Counted from the stretch's first letter, positions 8,949-22,640 are shown. The stretch: DNA of 64,000 nucleotides from Ignavibacteriota bacterium (GCA_963701295.1 OY969585.1:896001-960000); one strand, 5' to 3'. Notes: generated from the sequence alone by a model not told the origin. Numbers and translations: made by a program.

Positions 8949-11090
8949 ATGAGACTTACTCTCTGGAAATTATGTACTGCATCTGTTGTTTTTGCGTTGT
9001 TCTTTCATGGGTGTTCCACTCAACAAGCAATAAAGGGCAACGAATATAATTATATTGATTTCGATACAGTTCACGCAGGACAATATGATACCGGTAAGAT
9101 GTGGACATTTGATTTTCCACCGATAGAATACTTTACTAAGACCTATGGCTTTACTCCAACGAAGGAATGGTTTGAGAAGGTGCGCTTATCTGCCTTGCGC
9201 CTTCCGAATTGCACGGCCTCCTTTGTCTCAGAAGACGGTTTAGTCATGACGAACCATCACTGTGCCCGTTCCGCATTGGATAGTGTGAGCAGGGAAGGCG
9301 AACGATTGGCGGAAGCCGGTTTCTACGCCGCCGCATTAGACTCAGAGCGGAAAGCACCGAGCATCTATGTTGACCAACTTCTTGTCATAGAAGATGTGAC
9401 GAATGAAGTTCAACAGGCATTCAATAGCGGCAGTACAGATCATGAGCAAATTACGAACCGGATTGACAAAATGCGGCAGATCAGTGACCGTTTCTCGGCA
9501 AAATACAAAAGCATCGCACCACAAGATTCTATGATATTTAATGTGCAGTCCTTCTATAACGGGGGACGATTTTCGCTCTATGGATATAAGCGCTACACAG
9601 ATGTTCGTTTGGTCTATGCGCCGGAAGATGCCATGGCATTCTTTGGCGGTGATCCTGATAATTTTACCTATCCGAGGTACGACTTTGATTGCGCTTTCTT
9701 CCGTGTCTACGAGAATGGGAAGCCCCTCAAAACTGAAAATTTTTTCCGCATGAGCCAGGACGGCGCACACGAAGGTGATGCGGTGTTCGTTATTGGAAAT
9801 CCAGGCAGTACAAGCCGATTGAAAACCGTAGTCCAGTTGGAATACTTGCGCGACATCATTTATCCAGCAAATGTTGAAGCGAATGAGAAGGTGGGAACAA
9901 TCTATTCGTCGTATGTCATGATTCACCCGGAGGCCAAGTTGAAGTACCTGAATACTATTTTCGGATTAGAAAATTCACGCAAGGCTGTCACCGGTTATCT
10001 GAGTGGATTGCGCGATCCTCTCCTGATGGCAAGGAAAAAAGATTTTGAGAAAAGGTTTCGGAACACTGTATTCAACACGCCGGAACTCCATTCGCGTATC
10101 GGCGACCCATGGAAAGATATTGCATCTTACCAGAAAGAGCTTTCCGCTCTTTATCCTGAATTCAATGCACTGAGATTTCGCGGCCGTAACTTTGTGAAAT
10201 ATTTATCGCTCGCAGACAGTCTCGTCAGAATTGCAAATGAGTCGAATGATTCAATCACTTTATCCATCAGAGAGAAATTTTACCCTTCGAATCTGGTGCC
10301 TGACATTGAAACCCAGCTGCTTACCTTCCGCTTAGACATAATGAAAAGAGCATTCGACGGGAAGTATAAAGCATTTGACCGCTTACTCTCCGGACGCACA
10401 CCCGCGCAAGCCGCAGAGTACCTATCTGCACACTCAATTATTGCATCGAAAGAGAAAACCAATGCCATGCTGTCCGGATCACCGAAAGCTATACTCCAGT
10501 CGTCCGATCCGCTGATAGCATTCATCGTCGCAACACAAGAGCGTGTTGCCGAGCTTCAGAAGAAATACCGAGAGATCAATGAAAAGATAGAGGCGCGCGA
10601 ACAAGTACTCGGGAGAGCGATGTATGAAATTTATGGAACTCAAATTCCGCCGGATGCAACCTTCAGCCTGCGCATTGCAGACGGCACTGTGAAAAAATAC
10701 GAATACAACGGCACCATCGCACCAGCGGTGACAACATTTTATGGATTATATGACCGGTACTATTCATTCGGGATGAAAGATCCATGGATGTTGCCCGAGC
10801 GATGGGCACATCCTCCCACATTGTTTAAGATGAACACACCGATAAACTTTATTTCAACCAACGATATTATTGGTGGAAATTCCGGCAGCCCGGTGATTAA
10901 TAAAGACTTACAGGTGGTTGGATTAATTTTCGACGGAAATATAGAAAGTCTACCAGGAAACGTCATCTATGACGATATGAAGAACCGTTCTGTTTCCGTT
11001 CATACATCCGGAATTTTGGAAGGGCTGGAACAAATTTATAAAGCGGAGAGAATCACAAAAGAATTACGTGCAGGGAAGATAACGCAGTAA
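8949..11090 (+). CDS. S46 family dipeptidyl-peptidase (DPP7/DPP11-like), probably a lipoprotein
   Basis: Motifs MWT, CTASFVSEDGLVMTNHHC (His), FGGDPDNF, PDATFSLR, DIIGGNSGSP (Ser) and FDGN. Start re-set to ATG 8949 after GAGG. Confidence 0.92.
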   Translation: MRLTLWKLCTASVVFALFFHGCSTQQAIKGNEYNYIDFDTVHAGQYDTGKMWTFDFPPIEYFTKTYGFTPTKEWFEKVRLSALRLPNCTASFVSEDGLVMTNHHCARSALDSVSREGERLAEAGFYAAALDSERKAPSIYVDQLLVIEDVTNEVQQAFNSGSTDHEQITNRIDKMRQISDRFSAKYKSIAPQDSMIFNVQSFYNGGRFSLYGYKRYTDVRLVYAPEDAMAFFGGDPDNFTYPRYDFDCAFFRVYENGKPLKTENFFRMSQDGAHEGDAVFVIGNPGSTSRLKTVVQLEYLRDIIYPANVEANEKVGTIYSSYVMIHPEAKLKYLNTIFGLENSRKAVTGYLSGLRDPLLMARKKDFEKRFRNTVFNTPELHSRIGDPWKDIASYQKELSALYPEFNALRFRGRNFVKYLSLADSLVRIANESNDSITLSIREKFYPSNLVPDIETQLLTFRLDIMKRAFDGKYKAFDRLLSGRTPAQAAEYLSAHSIIASKEKTNAMLSGSPKAILQSSDPLIAFIVATQERVAELQKKYREINEKIEAREQVLGRAMYEIYGTQIPPDATFSLRIADGTVKKYEYNGTIAPAVTTFYGLYDRYYSFGMKDPWMLPERWAHPPTLFKMNTPINFISTNDIIGGNSGSPVINKDLQVVGLIFDGNIESLPGNVIYDDMKNRSVSVHTSGILEGLEQIYKAERITKELRAGKITQ

Positions 11091-11176
11091 GAACAGCACT
11101 CTACTATTGGGTAGAGTGGCCATCTTCCGAAAGCACTTTCAGGTACTATCTCAAGAAATTTTCAGAAAGTTTCTTT

Positions 11177-12154
11177 TTACCCGCGTGGATGGAACGTACG
11201 GTGAACTTCTTTGAGATACTCTCGGTCAATGTGAGTATAGATTTGTGTTGTCGAGATATCGGCATGGCCAAGCATTTCCTGAACAACGCGGAGGTCAGCA
11301 CCTCCTTCCAGCATATGTGTAGCGAATGAATGACGGAATGTGTGCGGATGCACTTTCTTCCCAATCCCTGATGTGAGAGAATATTTTTCCACTAACTTTC
11401 GGATCATATCTCGTGTTAGTTTTGTCCCACGAATATTGAGAAAGAGATAATCCTGTGATTTACCTGCTTTGGCAAGATGAACACGCGATTGTTTCTGATA
11501 TTCCTCTATCCACTGCCGTGCCGAACGACCAATGGGCACTAATCTCTCCTTGGATCCTTTTCCGTAGACAAGAATCAGTCCATCATCGACCATATAATTT
11601 GATTGTTTCAGGAAAACAAGTTCTGACACACGAATGCCAGTGGCATAAAGTGTTTCGAGCATTGCACGGTCGCGAATACCAAGCCGGCTGGAAGTGTTCG
11701 GCTGCTTCAGGATTTCATCTACTTCGGCGATGCTTAAAACCTCCGGCAGATTTTTTTCTTGCCTCGGTGAATCGATGATCTGTGTTGGATCGTCTTTTAC
11801 TTCTTCTTCGCCAAGAAGGTAGCGATGGAATCCGCGTATCGTCGAAAGAATCCTGGCAACGCTTCGTGCTGTAAGGTTCCGTCGATGCAGCGTCGCCAGA
11901 AACTTACCAATGTGTTCCTCCGTTACACCAGATGCTTCATGAACTCCCGAGTGGATAAGGTAACTGCGATATTTAGCGAAGTCAAACTTGTAAGAAACCA
12001 GTGTCTGAGGTGAAAGATTTTTTTCTAGCCGGAGAAATTCAAGATAGTTGCGAATCTGACGATCAAGCCCTGTTGTGGCAGATTTATGTTCAACAGCTTG
12101 CTTTATTATGTGTGATATTTTTTTCATACAAAATAAATTCCCCACTGTTGTCAA
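11177..12154 (-). CDS. xerD: Site-specific tyrosine recombinase XerD
   Basis: Motifs RDRAMLETLYATGIRVSEL, GKGSKERLVP, HTFRHSFATH, QEMLGHADISTTQIYTH and terminal HPRG. The true start may lie downstream of 12154. Confidence 0.92.
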   Translation of the reverse strand: MTTVGNLFCMKKISHIIKQAVEHKSATTGLDRQIRNYLEFLRLEKNLSPQTLVSYKFDFAKYRSYLIHSGVHEASGVTEEHIGKFLATLHRRNLTARSVARILSTIRGFHRYLLGEEEVKDDPTQIIDSPRQEKNLPEVLSIAEVDEILKQPNTSSRLGIRDRAMLETLYATGIRVSELVFLKQSNYMVDDGLILVYGKGSKERLVPIGRSARQWIEEYQKQSRVHLAKAGKSQDYLFLNIRGTKLTRDMIRKLVEKYSLTSGIGKKVHPHTFRHSFATHMLEGGADLRVVQEMLGHADISTTQIYTHIDREYLKEVHRTFHPRG

Positions 12155-12294
12155 AATTAAAAAACAAAGTACATGGATTCTACTGAAGGTGCAAGGCGTG
12201 TTGACAATGATAATGATGTGGTGGACAACAAACTGAAGCAGTTCGTACTTTGAAAATTGAGAATGTTCTTATGTGTAGAACACTAAAATTGCGG

Positions 12295-12627
12295 TCAACT
12301 CTTGACAGCTTTCGCCATAGTGTTATAAATCTGAAATGCGCGATCGAGATGAGAGATTTTGATGAGAGAAAGAACCTTCTTTTGGACACCCACCAGTTTT
12401 ACAATACCTCCATTTTCCCGCATCTTTCGTTCCGCAATGAGTAAGGCACTTAATCCGCTGCTGTCGCAGAATTCCACATCGGAAAGATCAATCACTAATT
12501 CTTTCTGTTGCCGCTTACAGAGAACGAGGAATTCTCCTTTCAATTCTGGTGAGATAGCGGCATCAAGCTTATGCTCATAAATTTTGAGGATCGTTGCTAC
12601 CCCATTCTTCTTAGTTTCAAAACGCAT
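12295..12627 (-). CDS. Anti-sigma factor antagonist (STAS domain)
   Basis: IDLSDVEFCDSSGLSALL with the phosphorylatable Ser. Confidence 0.9.
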   Translation of the reverse strand: MRFETKKNGVATILKIYEHKLDAAISPELKGEFLVLCKRQQKELVIDLSDVEFCDSSGLSALLIAERKMRENGGIVKLVGVQKKVLSLIKISHLDRAFQIYNTMAKAVKS

Positions 12628-12648
12628 ATGCAGACTCCAACAAAAGTA

Positions 12649-13188
12649 TTAAAACATATCGAGACATTTTAGAAAACTTCGGTACGTGTGTGTATTGCCG
12701 GTGGTGCCTTTCGATTGAAACTGAAAGTTATAAAATTGATCACCACCATGTTTGGCAAAGCTGACACGTAGAGGAGCCTTGGATGCCTTACAGAGAAACG
12801 CACTTGGCAGGGAAAGTCCAATATTGAGGTCCAATGCAACATCGAATGTGTTGGTCGTTATTCTTTGGAGCAGTTTCCGTCTTGGCACAAACCACGTATT
12901 GATGTCGTTTGCTGAATAGGTAAGGGTTTTCAACGAAGGGGTAGATGCCATAGAAAAAAGTTGGTCATCTCGAATAAGCACCATCATTCCCTCCAAAGAA
13001 AATTTTCGGAGGAGGTAACGGAAAAGCATCAAGACTGATTCACCATCAAGAGACGATTCAGGAAAGATTATCAGTGCTCGGCGCGATCGAGTCAATGCAT
13101 CTGTGAAGTTCATCATTCGATCGCGATTGTTCCGAAAATGTAGTTGCGAGTAAGATAATCCTACTCGGCGCCGAAAACCCTTCAACAT
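12649..13188 (-). CDS. Hypothetical protein resembling the N-terminal Rossmann half of GT9 heptosyltransferases
   Basis: FDVALDLN...KASKAPLRVSF pattern, only 179 aa. Confidence 0.55.
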   Translation of the reverse strand: MLKGFRRRVGLSYSQLHFRNNRDRMMNFTDALTRSRRALIIFPESSLDGESVLMLFRYLLRKFSLEGMMVLIRDDQLFSMASTPSLKTLTYSANDINTWFVPRRKLLQRITTNTFDVALDLNIGLSLPSAFLCKASKAPLRVSFAKHGGDQFYNFQFQSKGTTGNTHTYRSFLKCLDMF

Positions 13189-13211
13189 TCTTACCCACTT
13201 TCTCTTGCTAT

Positions 13212-13868
13212 CTACTTATGTTTCAATCGATCGCGATAAGTTTCCAGTAATTTTGTGATAAACGACTCATCAAAGAAATAGTACCGGATTTGCAAGCTTA
13301 CCCGGAAAAAACTATCGTTACTAGTATTCACCGGGCCATTGTAATATTGTGAATTTGTCATAACATATTCAGGCAATAGTGTTATGGACCAAAATTCGTT
13401 TGGGAAATAATCAAAGCCTAATCCACCGCCATACTGGATGTCAAAACTGGACACACTGACATTCGAGGGACGTAGTCCAGTTGTTGGATCCTTTGGATCA
13501 TAGAAAACAAGTCCACCGCCGACGAAGGGAAATATGTTAAAGCTGCTATTCGGCATCAAGTCGCCGCTCAAATATCCATTGAGGGACATAAGATCTGTTG
13601 TGATGGATTTGTTGGCCGCATTATTCCAAGAGAGTTGATTCATAGTAAATTTGGAACGGAGACTGAGTCCTTCCATAAGAGATATACTCATATTGACTCC
13701 GCCGCCAAATCCCGGCGAGGCATTCACGGCTCCGGCACCAAGGACATATTGCATGGAGCCGTCAACTCCGATACCGAGTTTTCCGACTCGTGTTTGCCCA
13801 ACAACCGGAGCAACAAGCATGAATATGAGAAGTAGTGATATGTAAAAACTGAACGAAGGTTTCGACAT
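13212..13868 (-). CDS. Outer-membrane beta-barrel protein (OmpA-like, 8-stranded)
   Basis: Signal peptide and alternating beta strands such as PFVGGG, YGGGLGFDY and VSLQIRYYF. Confidence 0.75.
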   Translation of the reverse strand: MSKPSFSFYISLLLIFMLVAPVVGQTRVGKLGIGVDGSMQYVLGAGAVNASPGFGGGVNMSISLMEGLSLRSKFTMNQLSWNNAANKSITTDLMSLNGYLSGDLMPNSSFNIFPFVGGGLVFYDPKDPTTGLRPSNVSVSSFDIQYGGGLGFDYFPNEFWSITLLPEYVMTNSQYYNGPVNTSNDSFFRVSLQIRYYFFDESFITKLLETYRDRLKHK

Positions 13869-13903
13869 TGTACCCTCTCTAGTAAGTGGGTGATGGTGGA
13901 TTA

Positions 13904-16766
<2,863 letters not shown>

Positions 16767-16873
16767 TCTCAGGTATGTCGCTCAATTTAAAGAGGATAGT
16801 AACAATTATTCTGACCACTTTCAAGGGAGCAAACAGGAATCAGAAGTTTTCAACGAACTACAGCCCAGCAAGA

Positions 16874-17245
16874 CTACTTAGAATCAGCATCCCGATGCAC
16901 ATTCTCAGGTGAAAAAGCTGGAATACAGACAGATATATATTCAGCGCCGCCTGTTTCTGGAGTGCTATATTGAATCCATTCTCCTCTGTTAGCAATAAAT
17001 GCTTGTCCGGATACGATATCGATTGTTCCAGATTTTGTTGTAATACGCAGCAAGCCTTGCAAGACCACGGTATATTCATCAAACTCTGGTGTCTGGCCGG
17101 GTTCAGTCCATCCACAAGGACTTTTCATCCGTGCAATACTGACATCGCTTGTGCCACTATTTACTCGACCGATAAATTCTTCGATCATCTTTAGTTTGTT
17201 TCCGGCAGCTTGAACAATAGATGGCGATGAAATAAACGATGACAT
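16874..17245 (-). CDS. Cupin domain protein
   Basis: Motifs IEEFIGRVNSG, GWTEPGQTPEFDEYT and CIPAFSP. Confidence 0.8.
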   Translation of the reverse strand: MSSFISSPSIVQAAGNKLKMIEEFIGRVNSGTSDVSIARMKSPCGWTEPGQTPEFDEYTVVLQGLLRITTKSGTIDIVSGQAFIANRGEWIQYSTPETGGAEYISVCIPAFSPENVHRDADSK

Positions 17246-17300
17246 ATGAAGATATTCCTTTAAAATGAAATCTATTCACTCATCGTGTATGAAAAAGAAA

Positions 17301-18299
17301 TTATCTTGATAATTTTGCTCTTAACCCAGCAAGTTGTTCCGGAGTACCAATGACAACAAGCGTGGTATCTTTCTCAAGTACGGTAGATAGTGGAGGATTA
17401 AAGACAAATTGTTTCTCCGCGCTTTTTCGCATTGATACGAGTACAACACCTGAATCAAGAAGCGCATCACATTTTTTTAATGGTTTGCCACGGTAGTGTG
17501 TCGTTGCTCCTACTTTTACTTCTTCTACACGAAGTGCAGAATTATCGCGCAGCATTGTATTGAGAAACGACGTAGCATCCGGTCGTATCATTTCCGATGC
17601 CATTCGTAATCCACCAATGTACGGAGCAGAAACTGCAGAATCGGCACCGCTGCGGAAGAACTTCTCGCGTACTTCAATGTCATCCACTTTCGCCACTATG
17701 CGCAACTTTTGATTCATTCCACGCGCAGTGATGACGACGAACAAATTATCTTTATCCTCCGGCAACGTAGTAACAAGTCCGACCGCATGATCTATTCCTG
17801 CCGCACGAAGAACAGCATCATTTGAAGCGTCACCCTCAACAGCAGGGATACCGCGATTAAGAAGTTTCTGAACTTTTTGGGGATCCTTTTCAACGACAAC
17901 GACTTTTCGTTTTGTCCGGACAAGTTCTTCCAACACATAATGCCCGTTCTTGCCTGCACCACAGAGAATGTAATGATGTGAAATCTTTTTAACGATTCGT
18001 TCCATTTTCCGTCTCCTGAGAATTCCACCAATGCCCCCTTGTACGATGAATTGTGTTAACTCTGAGATGCCGTAGAGGATGATGCCCATGCCGCCCAGAA
18101 TAAGGAACATCGTAAAGATACGTCCGTAGGTTGTTAGGGGATGCGTCTCTCCATAACCGACAGTGGCAAGTGTAATCACTGACATATAGAGTGAATCAAA
18201 CAGAGACCACCCTTCAATGAAGTGGTAGCCAAGCGTTCCTATGACAAGAATAAACAGAAGCAGATAGACAATCTGAAGTGCATTGCGTGCGGCACTCAT
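17301..18299 (-). CDS. Two-TM potassium channel with RCK (TrkA-N/TrkA-C) domains
   Basis: Selectivity filter TLATVGYG, Rossmann CGAGKNG, GDAS and DKDNLFVVITAR. Confidence 0.92.
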   Translation of the reverse strand: MSAARNALQIVYLLLFILVIGTLGYHFIEGWSLFDSLYMSVITLATVGYGETHPLTTYGRIFTMFLILGGMGIILYGISELTQFIVQGGIGGILRRRKMERIVKKISHHYILCGAGKNGHYVLEELVRTKRKVVVVEKDPQKVQKLLNRGIPAVEGDASNDAVLRAAGIDHAVGLVTTLPEDKDNLFVVITARGMNQKLRIVAKVDDIEVREKFFRSGADSAVSAPYIGGLRMASEMIRPDATSFLNTMLRDNSALRVEEVKVGATTHYRGKPLKKCDALLDSGVVLVSMRKSAEKQFVFNPPLSTVLEKDTTLVVIGTPEQLAGLRAKLSR

Positions 18300-18305
18300 G
18301 CTATT

Positions 18306-20771
18306 TTAGCTTTTTCCTTCATACTTCTTCCAATCATCGGCATAACGTTGAAGTTTTCGGTCCACAAGCGCATTGATGGTGCCGAGCTCGAATGTGTGAT
18401 CCAGCTTTTGTTTTCCCGCTTTCACACCCGTGAGAATTTCTATACCTTCATCAATTGTTTTGATAGCATAAATCTGAAATTGTTTTTTTTGTGCCGCTTC
18501 GTACACCTCTTCACGCAGCATGAGGTCATCTACGTTTTGAATCGGAATGATAACGCCTTGTTTTCCTGTTAATCCGCGTACTTTGCAGACATCGTAGAAA
18601 CCTTCAATTTTGAGATTGACTCCGCCAATCGGCTGAATCTCGCCTTTTTGATTCACTGAACCAGTAACGGCAATGTCTTGACGAATTGGAACTCCCGAGA
18701 GACTGGAAAGGATCGCATAAATTTCTGTGGATGATGCGCTGTCACCATCAATGCCGCCATACGATTGCTCAAACGTGATACTTGCATCCATCACCAGCGG
18801 CCTGTCTTGTGCAAACCGGCTACGAAAATACCCGCTCAGGATGGCGACACCCTTATTATGTGTTGGACCACTTAATTCTGCATCACGTTCAACATTGATA
18901 ACACCATTGCGCCCGAGTGACGTACGAGCAGTGATACGAGATGGCTTCCCGAAGGCATGTTCACCGATATCATAAATGGAAAGACCGTTGACCTGACCAA
19001 TCTCTGCACCTTCCGTATCAATCATAATTCTACCATCGTCGATCATTTCCTGAATCTTTTCTTCCACAAGCTTCACACGGTAGATGCGTTCCTCAATAGT
19101 CTTTTCAATGTGATCGCATGCAACAACAATGGCTTTTTCTCTTCGTGCCCAGTAGCTGGCTTCACGCGCTACATCAGCGATAATATTGAAACGAGTAGAA
19201 ATTTTTTGCTGACGCCCTGCGAGTCGAACTCCGAATTCAATAAGCTGTGCCAACGCCGTGGCGTCAAATGGCAGAAGCTTCTCGTCGTCGCAGAGCATCT
19301 TGACAAAGCGTAAATATTGAGCGACTGTTCCTTTGGTCTTTGACATTTCGAAATCGAAATCGGCCCGTATTTTGAAAATCTTTTTAAAATCATCATCGCG
19401 AAAGTAAAGCATGTGGTATAAATCGGTATCACCGATCATGATTACTTTTACATTAATTTGAATTGGTTCCGGTTTTAAACTTGCAGCCGAAAAACCAAAC
19501 AATGGATCGTACGTCTGAATATCTATGAGACCGGTACGTAGTGTGCGTTTTAAATCTTGCCAAACACCTGGTTCAATCAACGCATCGAGTGCATTCAGAA
19601 CGAGGTACCCTCCATCTGCTCGTAGAAGCGAACCAGCTTTAACCTTGGTAAAGTCAGTACGCCATACACTGCCTTTTTCCATTTCCCGTTCTACTGTACC
19701 GAAGATATTTTTATATTTTGGATTTGTTTCAATGACAATTGGAACATGCTGTGTTTCAGAATTATCTACCAATACATTAACTTGAAATTCTATGTATTCA
19801 TCCTTTTCCTCTTCTTCATCTTGTGATTCCGGTGTTGGAGAAACGACTTGCTGTTTACGAAAGCGATCAAGGTTTTCGCGGACATTGGCCCGAATTTCTT
19901 CGAAGTACGCCCGAAGCTTAGGCTGCTCATAGGTAACCTTCAAAACATTTATAGCATCGTCCACTGCCGGCATCACAAGTTGTTCTTCCAACTCGCTCAA
20001 CGATTGTTGAACTTTTTTCTCGATGTTGCGCAATTCTCGGAAGACAGTTGCCATCTGTTTTTCTAAATCTGTCAGCGCATCACGCATCGTTGCGAATTGT
20101 TCTTTTCCAAATTCACCTTTTTGCACAAGTGCTTCTACTTGATCCAAACTTGTCGGACTGCCATTCACAACCGGGACAATGTCGGGCCGCATCGCACTTC
20201 CTACTTGTACCTGTACTAAATCAAAGCCATGTTCCTTTACACGACGCTCGAAATCTTGCAGTACACTTTTCTGCCTTTCTTGAAAATGTTGAACCAATTT
20301 TTTCCGAGCTTGTTGGTATCGCTGACTTTCATACACGGCGGGAATATCTCTTAGTAATTCTTTTAATAAATTATCCATGTCCTGCTGCAGACCCCGCCCT
20401 CGGCCTGAAGGCAGTGAGATAGCAATAGGCATGTCGGGATGCTTGAAGTTGTAGACGTAACAATGGTCCTTCATCACACCTTGTTTCTTCTCGAAATCCT
20501 GCAATAGCCGTTTGATGGTTGTGGTGCGTCCGGTTCCGGATAGACCGGTCACAAAAATGTTATAACCGAAATGGTTCATCTCCAATCCGACATGCAATGC
20601 ACGCAAAGCACGTTTCTGCCCAATAATCTCTCGTGTCGGTAGAATGTCATCGGTGGATCTGATGCCCAATGATTTGGGGTCGCACTGCCAACGTAGTTTT
20701 TGAATGTGTAACGGTTTATAAGCACGCGCAGGCTTAAAATGATTTGTCGAATCGATAGTTTTCTTTTTCAT
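18306..20771 (-). CDS. Lon-like protease, LonC type (AAA-like domain with coiled-coil insert plus Lon protease domain)
   Basis: IIGQKRA, atypical Walker A GLSGTGRT, catalytic Ser in DGDSAS and catalytic Lys in GGVNLKIEG. Confidence 0.9.
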   Translation of the reverse strand: MKKKTIDSTNHFKPARAYKPLHIQKLRWQCDPKSLGIRSTDDILPTREIIGQKRALRALHVGLEMNHFGYNIFVTGLSGTGRTTTIKRLLQDFEKKQGVMKDHCYVYNFKHPDMPIAISLPSGRGRGLQQDMDNLLKELLRDIPAVYESQRYQQARKKLVQHFQERQKSVLQDFERRVKEHGFDLVQVQVGSAMRPDIVPVVNGSPTSLDQVEALVQKGEFGKEQFATMRDALTDLEKQMATVFRELRNIEKKVQQSLSELEEQLVMPAVDDAINVLKVTYEQPKLRAYFEEIRANVRENLDRFRKQQVVSPTPESQDEEEEKDEYIEFQVNVLVDNSETQHVPIVIETNPKYKNIFGTVEREMEKGSVWRTDFTKVKAGSLLRADGGYLVLNALDALIEPGVWQDLKRTLRTGLIDIQTYDPLFGFSAASLKPEPIQINVKVIMIGDTDLYHMLYFRDDDFKKIFKIRADFDFEMSKTKGTVAQYLRFVKMLCDDEKLLPFDATALAQLIEFGVRLAGRQQKISTRFNIIADVAREASYWARREKAIVVACDHIEKTIEERIYRVKLVEEKIQEMIDDGRIMIDTEGAEIGQVNGLSIYDIGEHAFGKPSRITARTSLGRNGVINVERDAELSGPTHNKGVAILSGYFRSRFAQDRPLVMDASITFEQSYGGIDGDSASSTEIYAILSSLSGVPIRQDIAVTGSVNQKGEIQPIGGVNLKIEGFYDVCKVRGLTGKQGVIIPIQNVDDLMLREEVYEAAQKKQFQIYAIKTIDEGIEILTGVKAGKQKLDHTFELGTINALVDRKLQRYADDWKKYEGKS

Positions 20772-21014
20772 AGTTCACATACATTTATAATGGCAAGTGA
20801 TATATTTCTTCAAGTATACGGAAAAGAAGAATGATTTTCATACGAAGTGAATAGGAAATTACTGAATCAGGTTCTTTTTCATTGTTTTGGTTTAGATCCC
20901 GATCAAACTTAACGAATATATTTTCTGATGAATTGGAATGCCTGTCCACTATTCCTCATAATGGAAGATAACTGAAAGAGAATTGTATGGCAATACAATA
21001 GTGGAGAAACCGCA

Positions 21015-21635
21015 TCATATATGATGGTTATGGTACTGACAAATTTTCTTCAACATACACTTAGTGCATATTGGATCCGTTGGACGGCATAGCTCTCGGC
21101 CAAGATACGAGAAGGACATTCCTGCTGCATGCCAATGCTTCTCTGGAATGATCTTCATAAGTACCTTCTCAATTTTTTCCGGCTTTTCTTCCTTTGTAAT
21201 CCCGAGTCGAGGCACAACCCTCAAAACATGCAAATCTACAAAAATACCTTGTGGCGTTTCACCGGCTTCACGAATAATGACATTAGCAGATTTTCGACCG
21301 ATACCAGGCAATTCTATCAATTCTTCGATAGTGAGCGATAGGTCTTTATGATCAGCCAGAGCTTGCGCAATTCGTACAAGCCAATCTGCTTTTTTCCTGA
21401 ATCCCCGAACAGATTTAACGAACGGAAACAAATCCTCCGGTTTTGCCAAAGCAAGCTGTTTCAAGGAAGGATATTTTTTGAAAAACTCCGGTGCAAGTTT
21501 GTTCACCATAACATCGGTTGTTTGCGCAGAAAGAACTACCATAACGACAAGCTGGTACGTGTTTTTATATTCCAGCGGATGCCGGCGCTTGCCATATTTT
21601 TTGAAAAGCGGTTGAAGATGAAGATACCAATCCAT
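21015..21635 (-). CDS. nth: Endonuclease III
   Basis: LSAQTTD, HhH LPGIGRKSA, VDLHV and a C-x6-C-x2-C-x5-C Fe-S motif. Confidence 0.92.
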   Translation of the reverse strand: MDWYLHLQPLFKKYGKRRHPLEYKNTYQLVVMVVLSAQTTDVMVNKLAPEFFKKYPSLKQLALAKPEDLFPFVKSVRGFRKKADWLVRIAQALADHKDLSLTIEELIELPGIGRKSANVIIREAGETPQGIFVDLHVLRVVPRLGITKEEKPEKIEKVLMKIIPEKHWHAAGMSFSYLGRELCRPTDPICTKCMLKKICQYHNHHI

Positions 21636-21654
21636 ATTAGTTAGTGATTTGTGA

Positions 21655-22572
21655 TTAGGGATGTGAGAAGAGATCGCGTTTTGAAATACTTGAATCGCAA
21701 AAAGATTTCAAATGGGGAAAAGAAGCGAGGAGATTTGTAGGCGCATTCAGTCGTTTTGCCGGATGCAGCACATGTTCGACTTGACGGCCGTTCACGAGAG
21801 AGTACGCCTGACGATCATTGTGGAAAACGATGTATGTCTTATGGGCATTTGCCTGCTTGATTCTCTGAACAAGATCGCGCAGTTCTTCCTCGCTGTAACA
21901 GTACAAGTAACGATCACTGCTCTGAGTATGATTCCGAGCTTCTGCATTTCGTCCCATCATTCTGAAGTATGCAACACCATCCCACGCTAATGAGTTCAAA
22001 GGCATATGGCCAGGCAAATGCGGCAAGTCGACATTGCTGAGATTAAAACCATTTTCACGGCAGAATTGATAAAACGATTTTTCGTTCCACGATATATGCC
22101 GAAGATCAAGAAACAGCCGGTCTTCTGGAAAGAAAGTGCGCAATTTAATGAGATGTGCCTGTCGCTCACTCGTTTTATTGAAGGACGAAGGAAATTGAAT
22201 TACCAGTCCACAAAATTTATTTGCCTCACGTAAAGGATCGAGAAGCCGATGAACTGCACGTGCATCCTTCTGTGTTGCATCAAATGTATGTGTGAATCCG
22301 CGATATAGTTTGACTGTGAACACGAATCTCCGGTTCTCGCTGACATCCATAAGCCAGCGCTGTGCTTGTGCCGCAGAGAGCGATGTGTTATAGAAGGTTG
22401 AATTAACTTCAACGAGGTCAAAGAAACGGCTGAAGTATTCCAGCTTGCGGAATCCTTTCTCTGATTTTGCCGGATAGAATACGCGATTAAATGGCGGCAA
22501 CTCCCATCCGCCCATACCGATCAGAACTTCATTCGTATCTTTACTACTACCGTCAGCCATCATCGCTAGCAA
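21655..22572 (-). CDS. DUF72 family protein
   Basis: Motifs IGMGGW, VEVNSTFY, FTVK, QFPSSF, YFRMMGRN and YLYCYSEEEL. Confidence 0.85.
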   Translation of the reverse strand: MLAMMADGSSKDTNEVLIGMGGWELPPFNRVFYPAKSEKGFRKLEYFSRFFDLVEVNSTFYNTSLSAAQAQRWLMDVSENRRFVFTVKLYRGFTHTFDATQKDARAVHRLLDPLREANKFCGLVIQFPSSFNKTSERQAHLIKLRTFFPEDRLFLDLRHISWNEKSFYQFCRENGFNLSNVDLPHLPGHMPLNSLAWDGVAYFRMMGRNAEARNHTQSSDRYLYCYSEEELRDLVQRIKQANAHKTYIVFHNDRQAYSLVNGRQVEHVLHPAKRLNAPTNLLASFPHLKSFCDSSISKRDLFSHP

Positions 22573-22640
22573 ACTTTATTGGTTGTACCTCTATAAGAAA
22601 AGATGTATGAATTATGAGTCGGACAAATCACTTTTCAGAG

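Noticed and set aside
11121-11172. Further copy of the 15-N20-15 element between the S46 peptidase gene and xerD
   Set aside because: Only a short CTTCCGAA core matches and the partner arm is too degenerate to support.
11177-12154. Phage or ICE integrase marking a mobile element
   Set aside because: It has the XerD housekeeping signature and core-gene neighbours, with no att repeats or phage genes.
12200-12275. Fur-box-like GACAATGATAATGAT with TTGACA
   Set aside because: The match is partial, there is no correctly spaced -10, and no iron-related gene is adjacent.
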